The notes beneath the pieces were generated by a model. That model searched no databases. It was not told the DNA's origin and worked only from the letters and a program-made list of their open reading frames with translations. Shown piece by piece: positions 1 to 9,513 of a DNA stretch of 64,000 nucleotides. Within the stretch, counting starts at the first letter, position 1. Every line of letters begins with the position of its first letter. Both the position numbers and the translations under genes were made by a program. The stretch is from Lentisphaerales bacterium. Lineage in GTDB: Bacteria > Verrucomicrobiota > Kiritimatiellia > JAUXFM01. The stretch spans positions 4,185 to 68,184 of the forward strand of contig JAUXFM010000001.1 of assembly GCA_030622955.1 (NCBI GenBank). The letters are read 5' to 3'.

Positions 1-258
1 GCCCGACTCAAAGAACGATATGATTTCTGGGCCCCTTTTGAAGGTGTTGTAGTTTCGGGTCATGTCGGCGAGGTGAAACCCGGTCCCAAGATCTTTCAAC
101 ACTTGCTGCAGAAGTACGATCTCACGGCCGGGGAATGCGTCTTTATTGATGATGCCCAGCGCAATGTTGATGGCGCCATGAGAATGGGCATCAATGCAAT
201 TCTGTTCGAATCCCACTCCCAATGCCGTTCCGAGCTCTTCCCTCTTCTGCAGGACTAG
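1..258 (+). CDS. HAD-superfamily hydrolase, C-terminal fragment (5' end outside window)
   Basis: Open frame from base 1 with no stop. The C-terminal portion '...GEVKPGPKIFQHLLQKYDLTAGECVFIDDAQRNVDGAMRMGINAIL' is a typical HAD motif III/IV region (K...DD). Confidence 0.6.
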   Translation, partial: ARLKERYDFWAPFEGVVVSGHVGEVKPGPKIFQHLLQKYDLTAGECVFIDDAQRNVDGAMRMGINAILFESHSQCRSELFPLLQD

Positions 259-555
259 AGCGCTTGAAGAAATACTGTAGCCGCAGGGGTGTGGCAAATT
301 GTTTTGAGCTCATGTCGCGCGGGCCCAGATGCAAAACCTGCTGCTGGCAAGCAAACAGTTCAAAGATCAAGTCTCCATCCTGACTCGCGGCGACCCGCTT
401 TGACGCGTAGTCCCCCAGCTTTCGGATTGCACTCGCCATGCTGGCGGATCACATAGCGTCAATCCTTATCACTTAATACCCCTTGCATCACCTGTTTCCA
501 CTTGTTAATACTCATATGCATTACACACATATTGTTAATTCTGAAGGGAAGCAAC

Positions 556-1917
556 ATGCCGAAAATTACATTGCTGGGTGCCGGAAGCGGCTTTACACGC
601 CCTCTGTTCACAGACATTCTCCTGATTAAAGGTATCAAGCGCGGCACAATCGGACTCGTCGACATTGATGCCAAGCGCCTACAGGTGAACGTTCGCCTGA
701 TAAAACGTATCCTGCAAATGCTCGGAAAAGAGAAGCAGTGGAAGCTTGAAGCATCGACAGACCGCCGCAAGATACTCAAAGGCACCGATTACCTGATCAG
801 CACGATCGAAGTTGCCGGCGTCAAGTGCGTACGAGCCGACAATGATATCCCCCTCAAATACGGTATCGATCAATGCATCGGTGACACCATGGGCCCGGGC
901 GGCATCATGAAATCTCTCCGTACGCTGCCGGGTCTTCTCGCCCTCATTGCCGATGCCAAGAAGTACTGTCCAAAAGCACTGATCATGAACTATACCAACC
1001 CGATGTCGGTCATGACGCTCGGAGCCCTGCGCTCTAGTGATATGCCGTTCATCGGACTCTGTCACGGCGTACAGGCCACGTCCCGCGAGATCGCCAAGCT
1101 ACTCGACATCAAATACAATGACCTGATCTGGGAATGCGGCGGCATCAATCACATGGCCTGGTTCACCAGGGTCTCACACAAGGGCAAGGATCTGATCCCT
1201 GCAATACAGGCACTGGCTGACGACCCTGTGGCTTTGAAAAGGGAACCCATCCGCCTCGATATGGCCAAACATTTCGGGTACTTCTCAACAGAAACTAGCG
1301 GGCACTCCTCAGAATACGTCCCCTACTACCGCAAACGCAAGGACCTGATCAAAAAACACTGCGGAAAGCGCTACAATGGCGAGAGCAGCTTCTACGCAAA
1401 CAACTGGCCTCGCTGGCGAAAAGAATGCGACAAACAACGCCGCGAACAGGCAAATGGCAAACAGGAGATCAAACTCACACGCAGCGTTGAATATGCCGCC
1501 GAAATCATCGAAGGCCACTTTCTCGGTCAACGCAGAGTCATTAATGCATCCGTCGCGAACACCGGCCTGATCCCAAATCTGCCGCAAACGGGCGTCGTCG
1601 AAGTTCCTGTAGTGGTCGATCAACACGGTTTCACCCCGACCTATTTCGGGCCCCTGCCGGAGCAGTGTGCCGCACTCTGTCGCAGCAATATGGCACTGTT
1701 CGAGCTCACGGTGGACGGCATCCTGCGCGGCGATCGCGAAGCGATCATCCATGCAATGATGCTCGACCCTCTCTCGGCTGCCGTCTGCTCGCCCGGCGAA
1801 ATCCGCAGCATGGCCGAAGAGCTGTTCAAAGCGGAGAAGAACTACATTCCGAAATGGACGGCAGCAAAACGAAAAGCCAAAGCCGTTAAGAAGAAGGCGA
1901 GCAAGAAAAGAGCGTAA
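556..1917 (+). CDS. Family 4 glycoside hydrolase (NAD-dependent alpha-glucosidase/alpha-galactosidase-like)
   Basis: The N-terminus 'MPKITLLGAGSGFT' is a GH4 Rossmann NAD-binding signature, and the product is ~450 aa. A GAAGGGA RBS precedes the ATG at 556. It has an unusual Lys-rich C-terminal tail (KWTAAKRKAKAVKKKASKKRA). Confidence 0.7.
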   Translation: MPKITLLGAGSGFTRPLFTDILLIKGIKRGTIGLVDIDAKRLQVNVRLIKRILQMLGKEKQWKLEASTDRRKILKGTDYLISTIEVAGVKCVRADNDIPLKYGIDQCIGDTMGPGGIMKSLRTLPGLLALIADAKKYCPKALIMNYTNPMSVMTLGALRSSDMPFIGLCHGVQATSREIAKLLDIKYNDLIWECGGINHMAWFTRVSHKGKDLIPAIQALADDPVALKREPIRLDMAKHFGYFSTETSGHSSEYVPYYRKRKDLIKKHCGKRYNGESSFYANNWPRWRKECDKQRREQANGKQEIKLTRSVEYAAEIIEGHFLGQRRVINASVANTGLIPNLPQTGVVEVPVVVDQHGFTPTYFGPLPEQCAALCRSNMALFELTVDGILRGDREAIIHAMMLDPLSAAVCSPGEIRSMAEELFKAEKNYIPKWTAAKRKAKAVKKKASKKRA

Positions 1918-2092
1918 GCTGCAAGAACGCGCTGGCAGAAGCATCTTCGCGATTACGCAAAGACCACATGTTCCGAACAGCAACGCAAAACAAATAGGCT
2001 CTGGCATGCTCAACTGTGCCGCATATGCCGTGCTTGCGTTCTTGATCGAACCTATTTTGATTGCTATTATCCTCTGAACCGACAGGGGGTAC

Positions 2093-2746
2093 ATGATGTT
2101 CTTGTTCAACAGAAACCAGGTCGTCCTTGCAAAACTAGACGATTTCTTCACTTCCAATATCCAGTGTCTCGACCTCTTTTCCGAGGCAATTGATCACCTT
2201 CTGAAGAATGGTATTGATGACGTCTTCTGCGAGAAGGTTGCGTCAACGCATAAGAAGGAATCGAAAGCCGACGATGTACGACGCGAGATCGAAGAGGTTC
2301 TGTACAGAAAAGCGCTACTCCCTGAATCCCGTCGGGATATTCTGCAAATGGTCGAGCTGACCGACCACATCGCCAACCGCTGCGAATCGATCCTTAACCA
2401 ACTCGAAACTCAGCGGGTCATGCTCCCCGAATTCCTGCACGGGGATATCAAGGAAGAAATTCGCATTTCCGTCAAATGCGTAGATGCCCTTGTCGCTGCC
2501 GCTAAAGGCGTACTTGGCAGCATGGCCCCTAAGAAAGTACAGGAACTTGTCGCTGCGATTGATGCTTACGAAAGCGAATGCGATACACTCGAGCGGAAGA
2601 TGATCAGGGCCATTTTCAAGAGCGAGCTCGAGCTGGCGGAGAAACTCTTGCTTAAAGAGATCGTTCTGCAGGTCGGCGGCATAACTGACCATTGCGAAAA
2701 CGCGGCCGACTTCCTCATGATATTCCACATCAAGCGCCAGGTGTAG
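2093..2746 (+). CDS. DUF47/PhoU-like phosphate transport regulator-related protein (TIGR00153-like)
   Basis: ~217 aa helical protein directly followed by a PiT transporter, which is the canonical DUF47-pit pair. Confidence 0.65.
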   Translation: MMFLFNRNQVVLAKLDDFFTSNIQCLDLFSEAIDHLLKNGIDDVFCEKVASTHKKESKADDVRREIEEVLYRKALLPESRRDILQMVELTDHIANRCESILNQLETQRVMLPEFLHGDIKEEIRISVKCVDALVAAAKGVLGSMAPKKVQELVAAIDAYESECDTLERKMIRAIFKSELELAEKLLLKEIVLQVGGITDHCENAADFLMIFHIKRQV

Positions 2747-2748
2747 TC

Positions 2749-3675
2749 ATGCTTCCTTATCTTGGAGCCGTCTTTCTCGGTTGGAGTCTTGGCGCCAACG
2801 ACTCGGCCAATACCTTCGGCACGGCCGTGGGAACAAGGATAGTATCGTATCGCAATGCTACCCTTCTCATCGCTCTGTTCGTCACCATAGGTGCATACAT
2901 GCAAGGCAGTGGCGGCATAGAAACACTCGGTAAGCTCACGCCTCAAACGGACCATACCGCAGTAATCTGCCTGTTCGCGGCAGCCATTACTGTGGCTGCA
3001 ATGACCCTGTTAAAATTACCTGTCAGTACATCGCAAGCGGCCATTGGCTCCATTGTCGGGGTCGGCCTGATGCAGAAATCCCTGGATCTGTCCCGACTCA
3101 CGAAGGTCATCGTCTGTTGGATCGGCACACCACTGGGCGCAATAGTGATCTGCTTTATCATCTACCATGTGTTACGCATTGTTATCCGTATCTGGCAACC
3201 ATCTATCTTCGTGTATGATCCGGTGATGCGCTGGGCATTGATTGTCTGTGGCTGCTACAGTGCATATGCACTCGGCGCAAACAACGTCGCGAACGTCTCT
3301 GCGGTCCTTATCAGCGCAGAGATACTCACTCCGATCGATGGCCGCCTGTTCGGCGGGCTGGCCATTGCACTCGGCGCACTCACATTCAGCCGAGGCGTCA
3401 TGACAACTGTCGGCAAAGGCATAATCAAACTTGATGTCTTCTCATCGCTTTGCTGCGTACTATCCCTTGCCATTACAGTTCATATATATGCCGTGGCAGG
3501 TGTCCCGGTCTCCACGTCACAGGGGATCATAGGAGCAGTGCTCGGGATAGGGTTCGTGAAAGGGCTCCAGACAGTGAATGGCAGAATGCTCGTGCGCGTT
3601 CTTTGCGGATGGCTTGCAACGCCGTTCATTGCTGCGGCAATAGCAGCGCTACTAATGTTTTTGTTTCTGAACTGA
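2749..3675 (+). CDS. pit: Inorganic phosphate transporter, PiT family
   Basis: The 'GANDSANTFGTAVG' motif (GANDxAN, PiT signature) occurs twice-repeated in a polytopic membrane protein. The ATG lies 3 nt after the DUF47 stop. Confidence 0.85.
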   Translation: MLPYLGAVFLGWSLGANDSANTFGTAVGTRIVSYRNATLLIALFVTIGAYMQGSGGIETLGKLTPQTDHTAVICLFAAAITVAAMTLLKLPVSTSQAAIGSIVGVGLMQKSLDLSRLTKVIVCWIGTPLGAIVICFIIYHVLRIVIRIWQPSIFVYDPVMRWALIVCGCYSAYALGANNVANVSAVLISAEILTPIDGRLFGGLAIALGALTFSRGVMTTVGKGIIKLDVFSSLCCVLSLAITVHIYAVAGVPVSTSQGIIGAVLGIGFVKGLQTVNGRMLVRVLCGWLATPFIAAAIAALLMFLFLN

Positions 3676-3799
3676 CCGTCAGGATCCCCGGCGCGTGCCA
3701 GGGCATTGCCGGCTACTGGCTCCTGACACACCGATGGGAGAACATCATCACTGGCACGGCTACCTCATCATGTTGTGCCGTGAATCCCAGTCAGACGGA

Positions 3800-4741
3800 T
3801 TAGCCGGACCTTGTCGCCCTTCCACGATTATTAAGGTAGACCCCGACGATCACCATCGCACCACCGGCCAACAGGGAAGGATGAAGACCCTCGTCCAGGC
3901 AGGCAACCCCGAATACAACGGCAAAAAGCGGAACCGTATTGATAAAGATCCCGCTGCGCGATGGACCCAGAACCCTGATCGCCTTGTAATACCAGTAGTA
4001 GCCTATGGCCGTGGCAAATATGGCAAGATACAGGATCAGCAACCAGTCGAAACCGCGTGCATCAACTATCTCCCCCGCCAGGTCCCATCTGATCGCACAG
4101 GGCAACAACATGAATGTCCCAAAAATGCAGGACCAGGTCACCGCATGCAGTGGCGACATGGTCTTCATGACCAGCTTGCCGGCAAGAGAATAGGTGGTCC
4201 AACTGACAACACATCCGAGAATCATCAGGTCGCCACGCTGTATCCCACCTCTCATCAAGTCAAATGGGTTGCCGCTAGAGATCACGACCGCCACACCGGA
4301 AAACGACAGCAGCGCACCCAGAATGCCCAACACTCCAATCTTCTCTTTCATGAAGATCGCCGAGACAATTGCGATACAAACGGGTGTACATGCAACGATC
4401 AATGCAGCACGGTTAGATTGGATCGCTTGCAGTCCGGTGAAGAAGAACAGGCTATACGCAAAAATACCCGTTGCACCCAGAAAGAACATGGCAAAGAACT
4501 GTCGCCCCTTGAGGCGGGGGAACCTGCCGTCAATAACGCGACACATCAACAACATGGCAACAGATGCAATTGCGAATCTCAGGAAGGCAGAATTTACAGG
4601 ATGAAGCGACCGGCCAAGCACGCGGCCCGCCGACCAGGTAGCACCCCATAGCGCCATCGCACTGATAAGCATCAGGTAGACAAGAAGCGATGATCGCCTT
4701 CTTGCTGCCCTGGTTTTGCAGGTTTTCTGTTGATTACTCAT
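3800..4741 (-). CDS. DMT superfamily (EamA-like) transporter
   Basis: 10-TM duplicated EamA-type architecture, ~314 aa from the internal Met start 'MSNQQK'. The ORF extends to 4813, so the start is uncertain. Confidence 0.6.
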   Translation of the reverse strand: MSNQQKTCKTRAARRRSSLLVYLMLISAMALWGATWSAGRVLGRSLHPVNSAFLRFAIASVAMLLMCRVIDGRFPRLKGRQFFAMFFLGATGIFAYSLFFFTGLQAIQSNRAALIVACTPVCIAIVSAIFMKEKIGVLGILGALLSFSGVAVVISSGNPFDLMRGGIQRGDLMILGCVVSWTTYSLAGKLVMKTMSPLHAVTWSCIFGTFMLLPCAIRWDLAGEIVDARGFDWLLILYLAIFATAIGYYWYYKAIRVLGPSRSGIFINTVPLFAVVFGVACLDEGLHPSLLAGGAMVIVGVYLNNRGRATRSG

Positions 4742-4855
4742 AAGGCAATAGGGAAGCGTAATGCATGCCAACTCAGGTGGCAATAGAGAGACCGCGTTGT
4801 TTTTCCGTCCCATTTGCCATGCTCAGGAAAAAACCCTGTGCAGCACCCAGCTTGG

Positions 4856-5542
4856 TTATGGCTCAAACTTGTAGCCAACCCGCGGGACGGTTCTGATATG
4901 CTTGGTGGGCTTGATCTTCGTACGCAGACTGGCAACAAAGTTATCAACGGTCCGCTCGGTGCCTTCGTAGTCCCATCCCCAGACCTTCTCCAGAATAGCC
5001 TCACGAGTAAACACCTGCCCCGGCGAAGATGCAAGCAAGTGCAGAAGATCGAATTCTTTTGCTGATAAATCAACTTTCTTGCCAACCACCAATACCGACC
5101 TGCCAAGAGGATCGATCGCGACATCACCTATCAACAGCTCTGGTGCACTCTGCTGCTCTGTGCGTTTCCTGCGCAGCATGACCTCTATCCGTGCGATCAA
5201 CTCCGGCAGATCAAACGGCTTGGTCATGTAATCATCCGCTCCCAGATTCAGCCCCTCTACCTTGTCAAGGGTAGCGTTTCGCGCCGACAGGATCAGGACA
5301 GGCGTATTCTCGCCGCGCTTACGCAGTTCCTCGAGAATATCGAGCCCGGTCCAACAGGGCATCATAATATCGAGAACGATAAGATCCTGCCGAGAATCGA
5401 ACGCCATCTTCATTCCCTGCTCGCCATCGGCCGCCTTGAGGACTTTATAGCCTTCAAGTTCAAGATTCATCGCCAGCCCTTCGCGAAGCGATGTGTCGTC
5501 CTCAATGATCAGAATCGTTGCCTTTGCCACCTCGCTAGTCAT
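4856..5542 (-). CDS. OmpR-family two-component response regulator
   Basis: REC domain ('ILIIEDD...VLDIMMP') plus a winged-helix Trans_reg_C ('VWGWDYEGTERTVDNFVASLRTKI'). Confidence 0.9.
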   Translation of the reverse strand: MTSEVAKATILIIEDDTSLREGLAMNLELEGYKVLKAADGEQGMKMAFDSRQDLIVLDIMMPCWTGLDILEELRKRGENTPVLILSARNATLDKVEGLNLGADDYMTKPFDLPELIARIEVMLRRKRTEQQSAPELLIGDVAIDPLGRSVLVVGKKVDLSAKEFDLLHLLASSPGQVFTREAILEKVWGWDYEGTERTVDNFVASLRTKIKPTKHIRTVPRVGYKFEP

Positions 5543-6462
5543 GGGGTCTCGATCTCCGCCGGAAGCCGTATGGTAAAGATGGTGCCTTTGCCCTTGGAGC
5601 TCTTCACGGCAATCGTACCTTCATGGCGCTTCACAAGGTAATGGACAATTGCAAGGCCCAGCCCCACCCCGCTTGAACCGACGTCCTCACCTTCTGCTCG
5701 ATAGAATGGTTCGAAGATCTTGCACGCGTCCTTCTCGCTCAGACCAATTCCGTTATCTTCGACCTGAATCACCACTTCGCTCTGATCATCATGAACAATG
5801 ACCCTGATCTGCTTGTCACCACCTGAATACTTGTGTGCGTTGGTGAGCAGGTTCAGTACAATGCCGTTCAGCGCCCTGGCATCGTGCTTCACCTTCAACC
5901 GACTTTCGATCGAGGCGGTCAACGACCACTCGACTGGCGGAATCATCGACTTGAATTGCTCCACTGCACCTTCTACTGCTCCTGTAACCGTTGCCACATT
6001 CATGTCCAGTGGCATCCGATCTCTTGAAGATGCACGCCAGGTCAGTATTCGGTCGATCATGACGTCCAACCATTCAGTTTCGCGCAAGATAGTAGCGATA
6101 CATTGTGCAGCCTTTTCCGGATCGCCCTTGAGTTTGTCTGACTGCAGTGTTTGAGCGTAGAGCCGTATCGCACTGAGCGGCGTACGGAACTCATGTGATA
6201 CATTTGCAACGAAATCCGACTGCAATCTTGCCAATCGTGCTTTGCGCCCCGTCAAGACCACCGCTGTCAGACCACAACCTGCCGCGGTGGCAGCGAACGA
6301 AATGACCAGTATCCCCGTGACAATGCCACCAGCGTCTTTTGCGAAGACAAGCGCAACGATCCCAGCAGCACTCGACAACAGGACGGGCAACAGTACGCCT
6401 ACGGCGATGATGACAATAACGCTCGTCAGGTTAAGATGCAGGTTAAGATGTGACCGTTTCAT
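5539..6462 (-). CDS. Sensor histidine kinase (2 TM, HisKA + HATPase_c)
   Basis: H-box 'VANVSHEFRTPLSAI', and N/G1/G2 boxes 'LLTNAHKYS', 'DNGIGL', 'GSSGVGLGLAIV'. It overlaps the RR gene by 4 bp. Confidence 0.9.
   Translation of the reverse strand: MKRSHLNLHLNLTSVIVIIAVGVLLPVLLSSAAGIVALVFAKDAGGIVTGILVISFAATAAGCGLTAVVLTGRKARLARLQSDFVANVSHEFRTPLSAIRLYAQTLQSDKLKGDPEKAAQCIATILRETEWLDVMIDRILTWRASSRDRMPLDMNVATVTGAVEGAVEQFKSMIPPVEWSLTASIESRLKVKHDARALNGIVLNLLTNAHKYSGGDKQIRVIVHDDQSEVVIQVEDNGIGLSEKDACKIFEPFYRAEGEDVGSSGVGLGLAIVHYLVKRHEGTIAVKSSKGKGTIFTIRLPAEIETP
6427..6450. repeat. Perfect 12-bp tandem duplication (caggttaagatg x2) inside the HK N-terminus (HLNLHLNL)
   Basis: Read directly: 6427-6438 equals 6439-6450. 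Confidence 0.9.
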
Positions 6463-6759
6463 ACGCCCAAACTCCTGCCGCCATTCTGCGCGATATCTGC
6501 CCGAGATTCAACCGAACAATGCCAGAGGTTGAAGCACGGAGCCGGAACGAGAAGGCTCGAATCCAGAAAGACGATCCGTCCGATCGGTCAGATCCAGCTA
6601 ATCTCTGATGTTCAGGAGCCCGGCACAGGAAAGGCTGTAGGCTGCAAGATTGCAGGGGAATCCGCAAGAATACTCACTGCCTCGCGAGTACCACCGCGTG
6701 GCGTATTCTGAGACGAACACCTGCACAGCATGCAAAAGGGACAACAGGCACAGCAACTA

Positions 6760-8238
6760 TCAACGTACATGCAATTCACAGACACGTCGAAAATGATAGC
6801 CTGTGATCGCGAGGGTGACGGCGAGCGGCAGAAGCGCCGGGCGTCTGAACGACGTCCATAAAACCAGCTTCCAATACTGCCAACGCTCCTTCCCTGCGAT
6901 GCCCAGCTTGAACATCGAACGAAAGAACGCCTTGATCTCGCTCCAGGGCGTCGGCGCAACAACTGTCGGCCCACGAAACTCCCGCAAAAACGTTCTTACC
7001 CTCTCATAGTAATGTCGTGGCGCATATATATGGTTAAGGATTTCCCTGTAGCCATGGTGGAGTCGCTCCAGATCCATCGCCGGAATGATATTCGTCGTCC
7101 CTTCGACATTGTTGCCCGACCCGGAACCCACTATCCGCCCCTCCTCCTCCAACCTCTCATAGAGTTTCGTGCCTAGTGGCGCCTGCAGCAGACCGACCAT
7201 CGCAGTGGCGATCCCGCTCTTCTGGATGAACTCTATCTGACGCTTGAAGATCGACGGCTTATCGCTGTCGAATCCGACAATGAATCCGCCCTGCACCTGC
7301 ATTCCGGCACGCTGGATACGTTTCACGTCCTCTATCAGGTCGCGATTGTTGTTCTGTTTCTTATTGCATTCTGCAAGTGAGCATTCGTCAGGTGTCTCGA
7401 TACCGATGAACACCATGTCGAATCCCGCTTCCGACATCATGTTCATCAGTTCCTGGTCATCTGCAAGATCGATCGATGCTTCCGTATGAAACGTGATGCT
7501 CTTCTTGTCTTTGCGCCATTTGATCAAACGTGGCAGGAGATCCTCCTTGAGTAGACGTTTATTCCCAATAAAGTTGTCATCGACAAAGAAGACTCGTCCG
7601 TGCCAGCCGGAATCATACATCGTATCCAATTCATGCAAAATCTGGTCCGTTTGTTTTGCACGCACACGCTTTCCAAGCAGTGAAGTGATATTGCAAAAAT
7701 CACAATTGAACGGACAGCCACGCGAGTACTGGATAGCCATCGCCTGGTAACGTTTCTGGTCGATCAGGTCCCAATGCGGTGCAGGAGTTTGCGCCATGTC
7801 GGCAAACTGGTCCGACGTATAGATTCGTTTTGCGCAATCGTCCTCAAGATCTTTGAGGAACATCGGCAATGTTATTTCCGCTTCGTTGAGGACGAGGTGG
7901 TCGATATCTTTAAACACATCCTGCTCCATCGTGAAGAGCGGTCCACCGCCAACAATCGTCAGGTTGTGTTCCCTGCAGCGTTCGATGATTCTCTGTGCGG
8001 CAGCTTTCTGGACGATCATTCCGCTGATGAATGCGTAGTCAGCCCATTCCATGTCGCTGTCCCGCAATGCGCGGGTGTTGAGATCAACAAGGCGCTTATC
8101 CCATTCTTCAGGAAGCAGCCCTGCGACGGTCATGAGACCGAGTGGTGGAAATGCGGCCTTCTTGCCGACAAAACTCAGTGCATGTTTAAAACTCCAAAAA
8201 GTGTCTGGAAACTCTGGGTAGATAAGTAGAATATTCAT
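6760..8238 (-). CDS. B12-binding radical SAM protein with C-terminal DUF4070-like domain
   Basis: An N-terminal cobalamin-binding-like region is followed by the 'CPFNCDFC' radical-SAM CxxxCxxC motif, and the product is ~490 aa. This is the same architecture as the HpnP/HpnR/BchE-class methyltransferases. Confidence 0.8.
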   Translation of the reverse strand: MNILLIYPEFPDTFWSFKHALSFVGKKAAFPPLGLMTVAGLLPEEWDKRLVDLNTRALRDSDMEWADYAFISGMIVQKAAAQRIIERCREHNLTIVGGGPLFTMEQDVFKDIDHLVLNEAEITLPMFLKDLEDDCAKRIYTSDQFADMAQTPAPHWDLIDQKRYQAMAIQYSRGCPFNCDFCNITSLLGKRVRAKQTDQILHELDTMYDSGWHGRVFFVDDNFIGNKRLLKEDLLPRLIKWRKDKKSITFHTEASIDLADDQELMNMMSEAGFDMVFIGIETPDECSLAECNKKQNNNRDLIEDVKRIQRAGMQVQGGFIVGFDSDKPSIFKRQIEFIQKSGIATAMVGLLQAPLGTKLYERLEEEGRIVGSGSGNNVEGTTNIIPAMDLERLHHGYREILNHIYAPRHYYERVRTFLREFRGPTVVAPTPWSEIKAFFRSMFKLGIAGKERWQYWKLVLWTSFRRPALLPLAVTLAITGYHFRRVCELHVR

Positions 8239-8672
8239 AGCGAACCCTCCCTTTCCTGTTCAATGGTTAACGTGCATTGTTGCAGGCCCATGTCACCGTT
8301 TTGTCATGGGGGATTGGAAATGCGAGATATATTACATACATGCGTGTTCTAAACATTAACGGACACGGGGAAAGCGATCGAACCCAGCAGTCCGGCAGAA
8401 ATCACACCCACCTGGCCTGAGCAAGTCAAAGGGCCCAACCACATCTACAGCGTTTAGTCACAAGAAAGAAGAAACATTCAACTTGCAACAGCTCACCCTC
8501 CGAAACCTCTTGACCTGCACAGCCTTGCGACACAAATTGGCGAAAGAATGGTTGGGCTTGAAACTAACAAGCAGAATCCAGGAGAAGTCCAATAGGTTTG
8601 AAGTTATGACTTTCCCAACCTGTTGTCCGTGGTTTGGTCTTCCAATCAAGCCAATGATCCAGCGATGGCTTA

Positions 8673-9464
8673 TTACAGACTGTTGCGATAGGCAGATGGT
8701 GACATGCCTACACGTTGCTTGAACTGGCGTGAGAAGAAGTAGATATCTTTATAACCCAGTTCTTCGGCAATCTGACCAACCGGTAGATCCGACTGTCGCA
8801 GCAGTTCGCGTGCGCGCGTGACGCGAGAATCTATTACGTAGTTATGGATCGATATGCCCGTGACCCGCTGAAAATCGCGCCGAAGCGTGCTGACTCCTAT
8901 CCCCATGCGTTTCGCAAGCTTCCTGTAGTCGATCTCAAACGAAACCGAAAAGTCCAATTCGAGCAACACTCTATCGAGCCATTCATCCTGCTTCTCTTGC
9001 ATCGCCCTGCGCTCGGCCAAATCAATGAACAGACGCTCCAAGAGATTGACCGTGCGTGCATTTGTCCATCGCCCCCTGGCCTCGGCCGCAGCAAGTACTT
9101 CGTCGAACATCGCTTCATGTACTGATGCATCGCCAGGCTGCGGTTCGTGGAAGATCAGGCCCTCTGCAATCCAGTGCTGTACCTGTGGACCCGTGAATGC
9201 AATGTAACGATGATGCCAGTACTCGTGACCAGGCGCACAATGAAAGATCGTATGCGGCCCAGGGTAGCTCGGAAAGAACCAGCATCCCTCAAGGCGATAC
9301 CTGCGCGCATCATAGGAGATGTCTATGGCCCCGGCAGATATCATCTGAAGCACGTGATATCCCTCAAACCTCTTATCCACCCGCGCATCACAACGCGGCC
9401 GTTTACTGTAATGCAGTATGTTGAGCCCTATCATATAGTGCAAATGATATAACAGATATTCCAT
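8673..9464 (-). CDS. AraC-family transcriptional regulator
   Basis: The C-terminal double HTH 'IAEELGYKDIYFFSRQFKQRVGMSPSAYR' is typical AraC, and there is an N-terminal cupin-like sensor domain. Confidence 0.85.
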   Translation of the reverse strand: MEYLLYHLHYMIGLNILHYSKRPRCDARVDKRFEGYHVLQMISAGAIDISYDARRYRLEGCWFFPSYPGPHTIFHCAPGHEYWHHRYIAFTGPQVQHWIAEGLIFHEPQPGDASVHEAMFDEVLAAAEARGRWTNARTVNLLERLFIDLAERRAMQEKQDEWLDRVLLELDFSVSFEIDYRKLAKRMGIGVSTLRRDFQRVTGISIHNYVIDSRVTRARELLRQSDLPVGQIAEELGYKDIYFFSRQFKQRVGMSPSAYRNSL

Positions 9465-9513
9465 TGCAGCAATAACAATGGCTTGTATAGCATGATTGGC
9501 GAGGTGACACGTT

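Noticed and set aside
1309-2157. Long antisense ORFs inside confirmed genes (e.g. 1309-2157-, 3695-4651+, 44962-46059-, 42321-43271-, 28279-28737-, 35056-35786-)
   Set aside because: These are shadow ORFs typical of GC-rich DNA. They run opposite strongly supported conserved genes such as GH4, FtsK, CdaA and the PPase, and show Arg/Ala/Ser-rich low-complexity translations.
8483-8722. 79-aa ORF in the 434-bp spacer between the radical SAM gene and the AraC gene
   Set aside because: It has no RBS or conserved features. It lies on the strand opposite to both neighbours and overlaps the AraC 3' end, so it is more likely promoter/UTR sequence for the rSAM gene.
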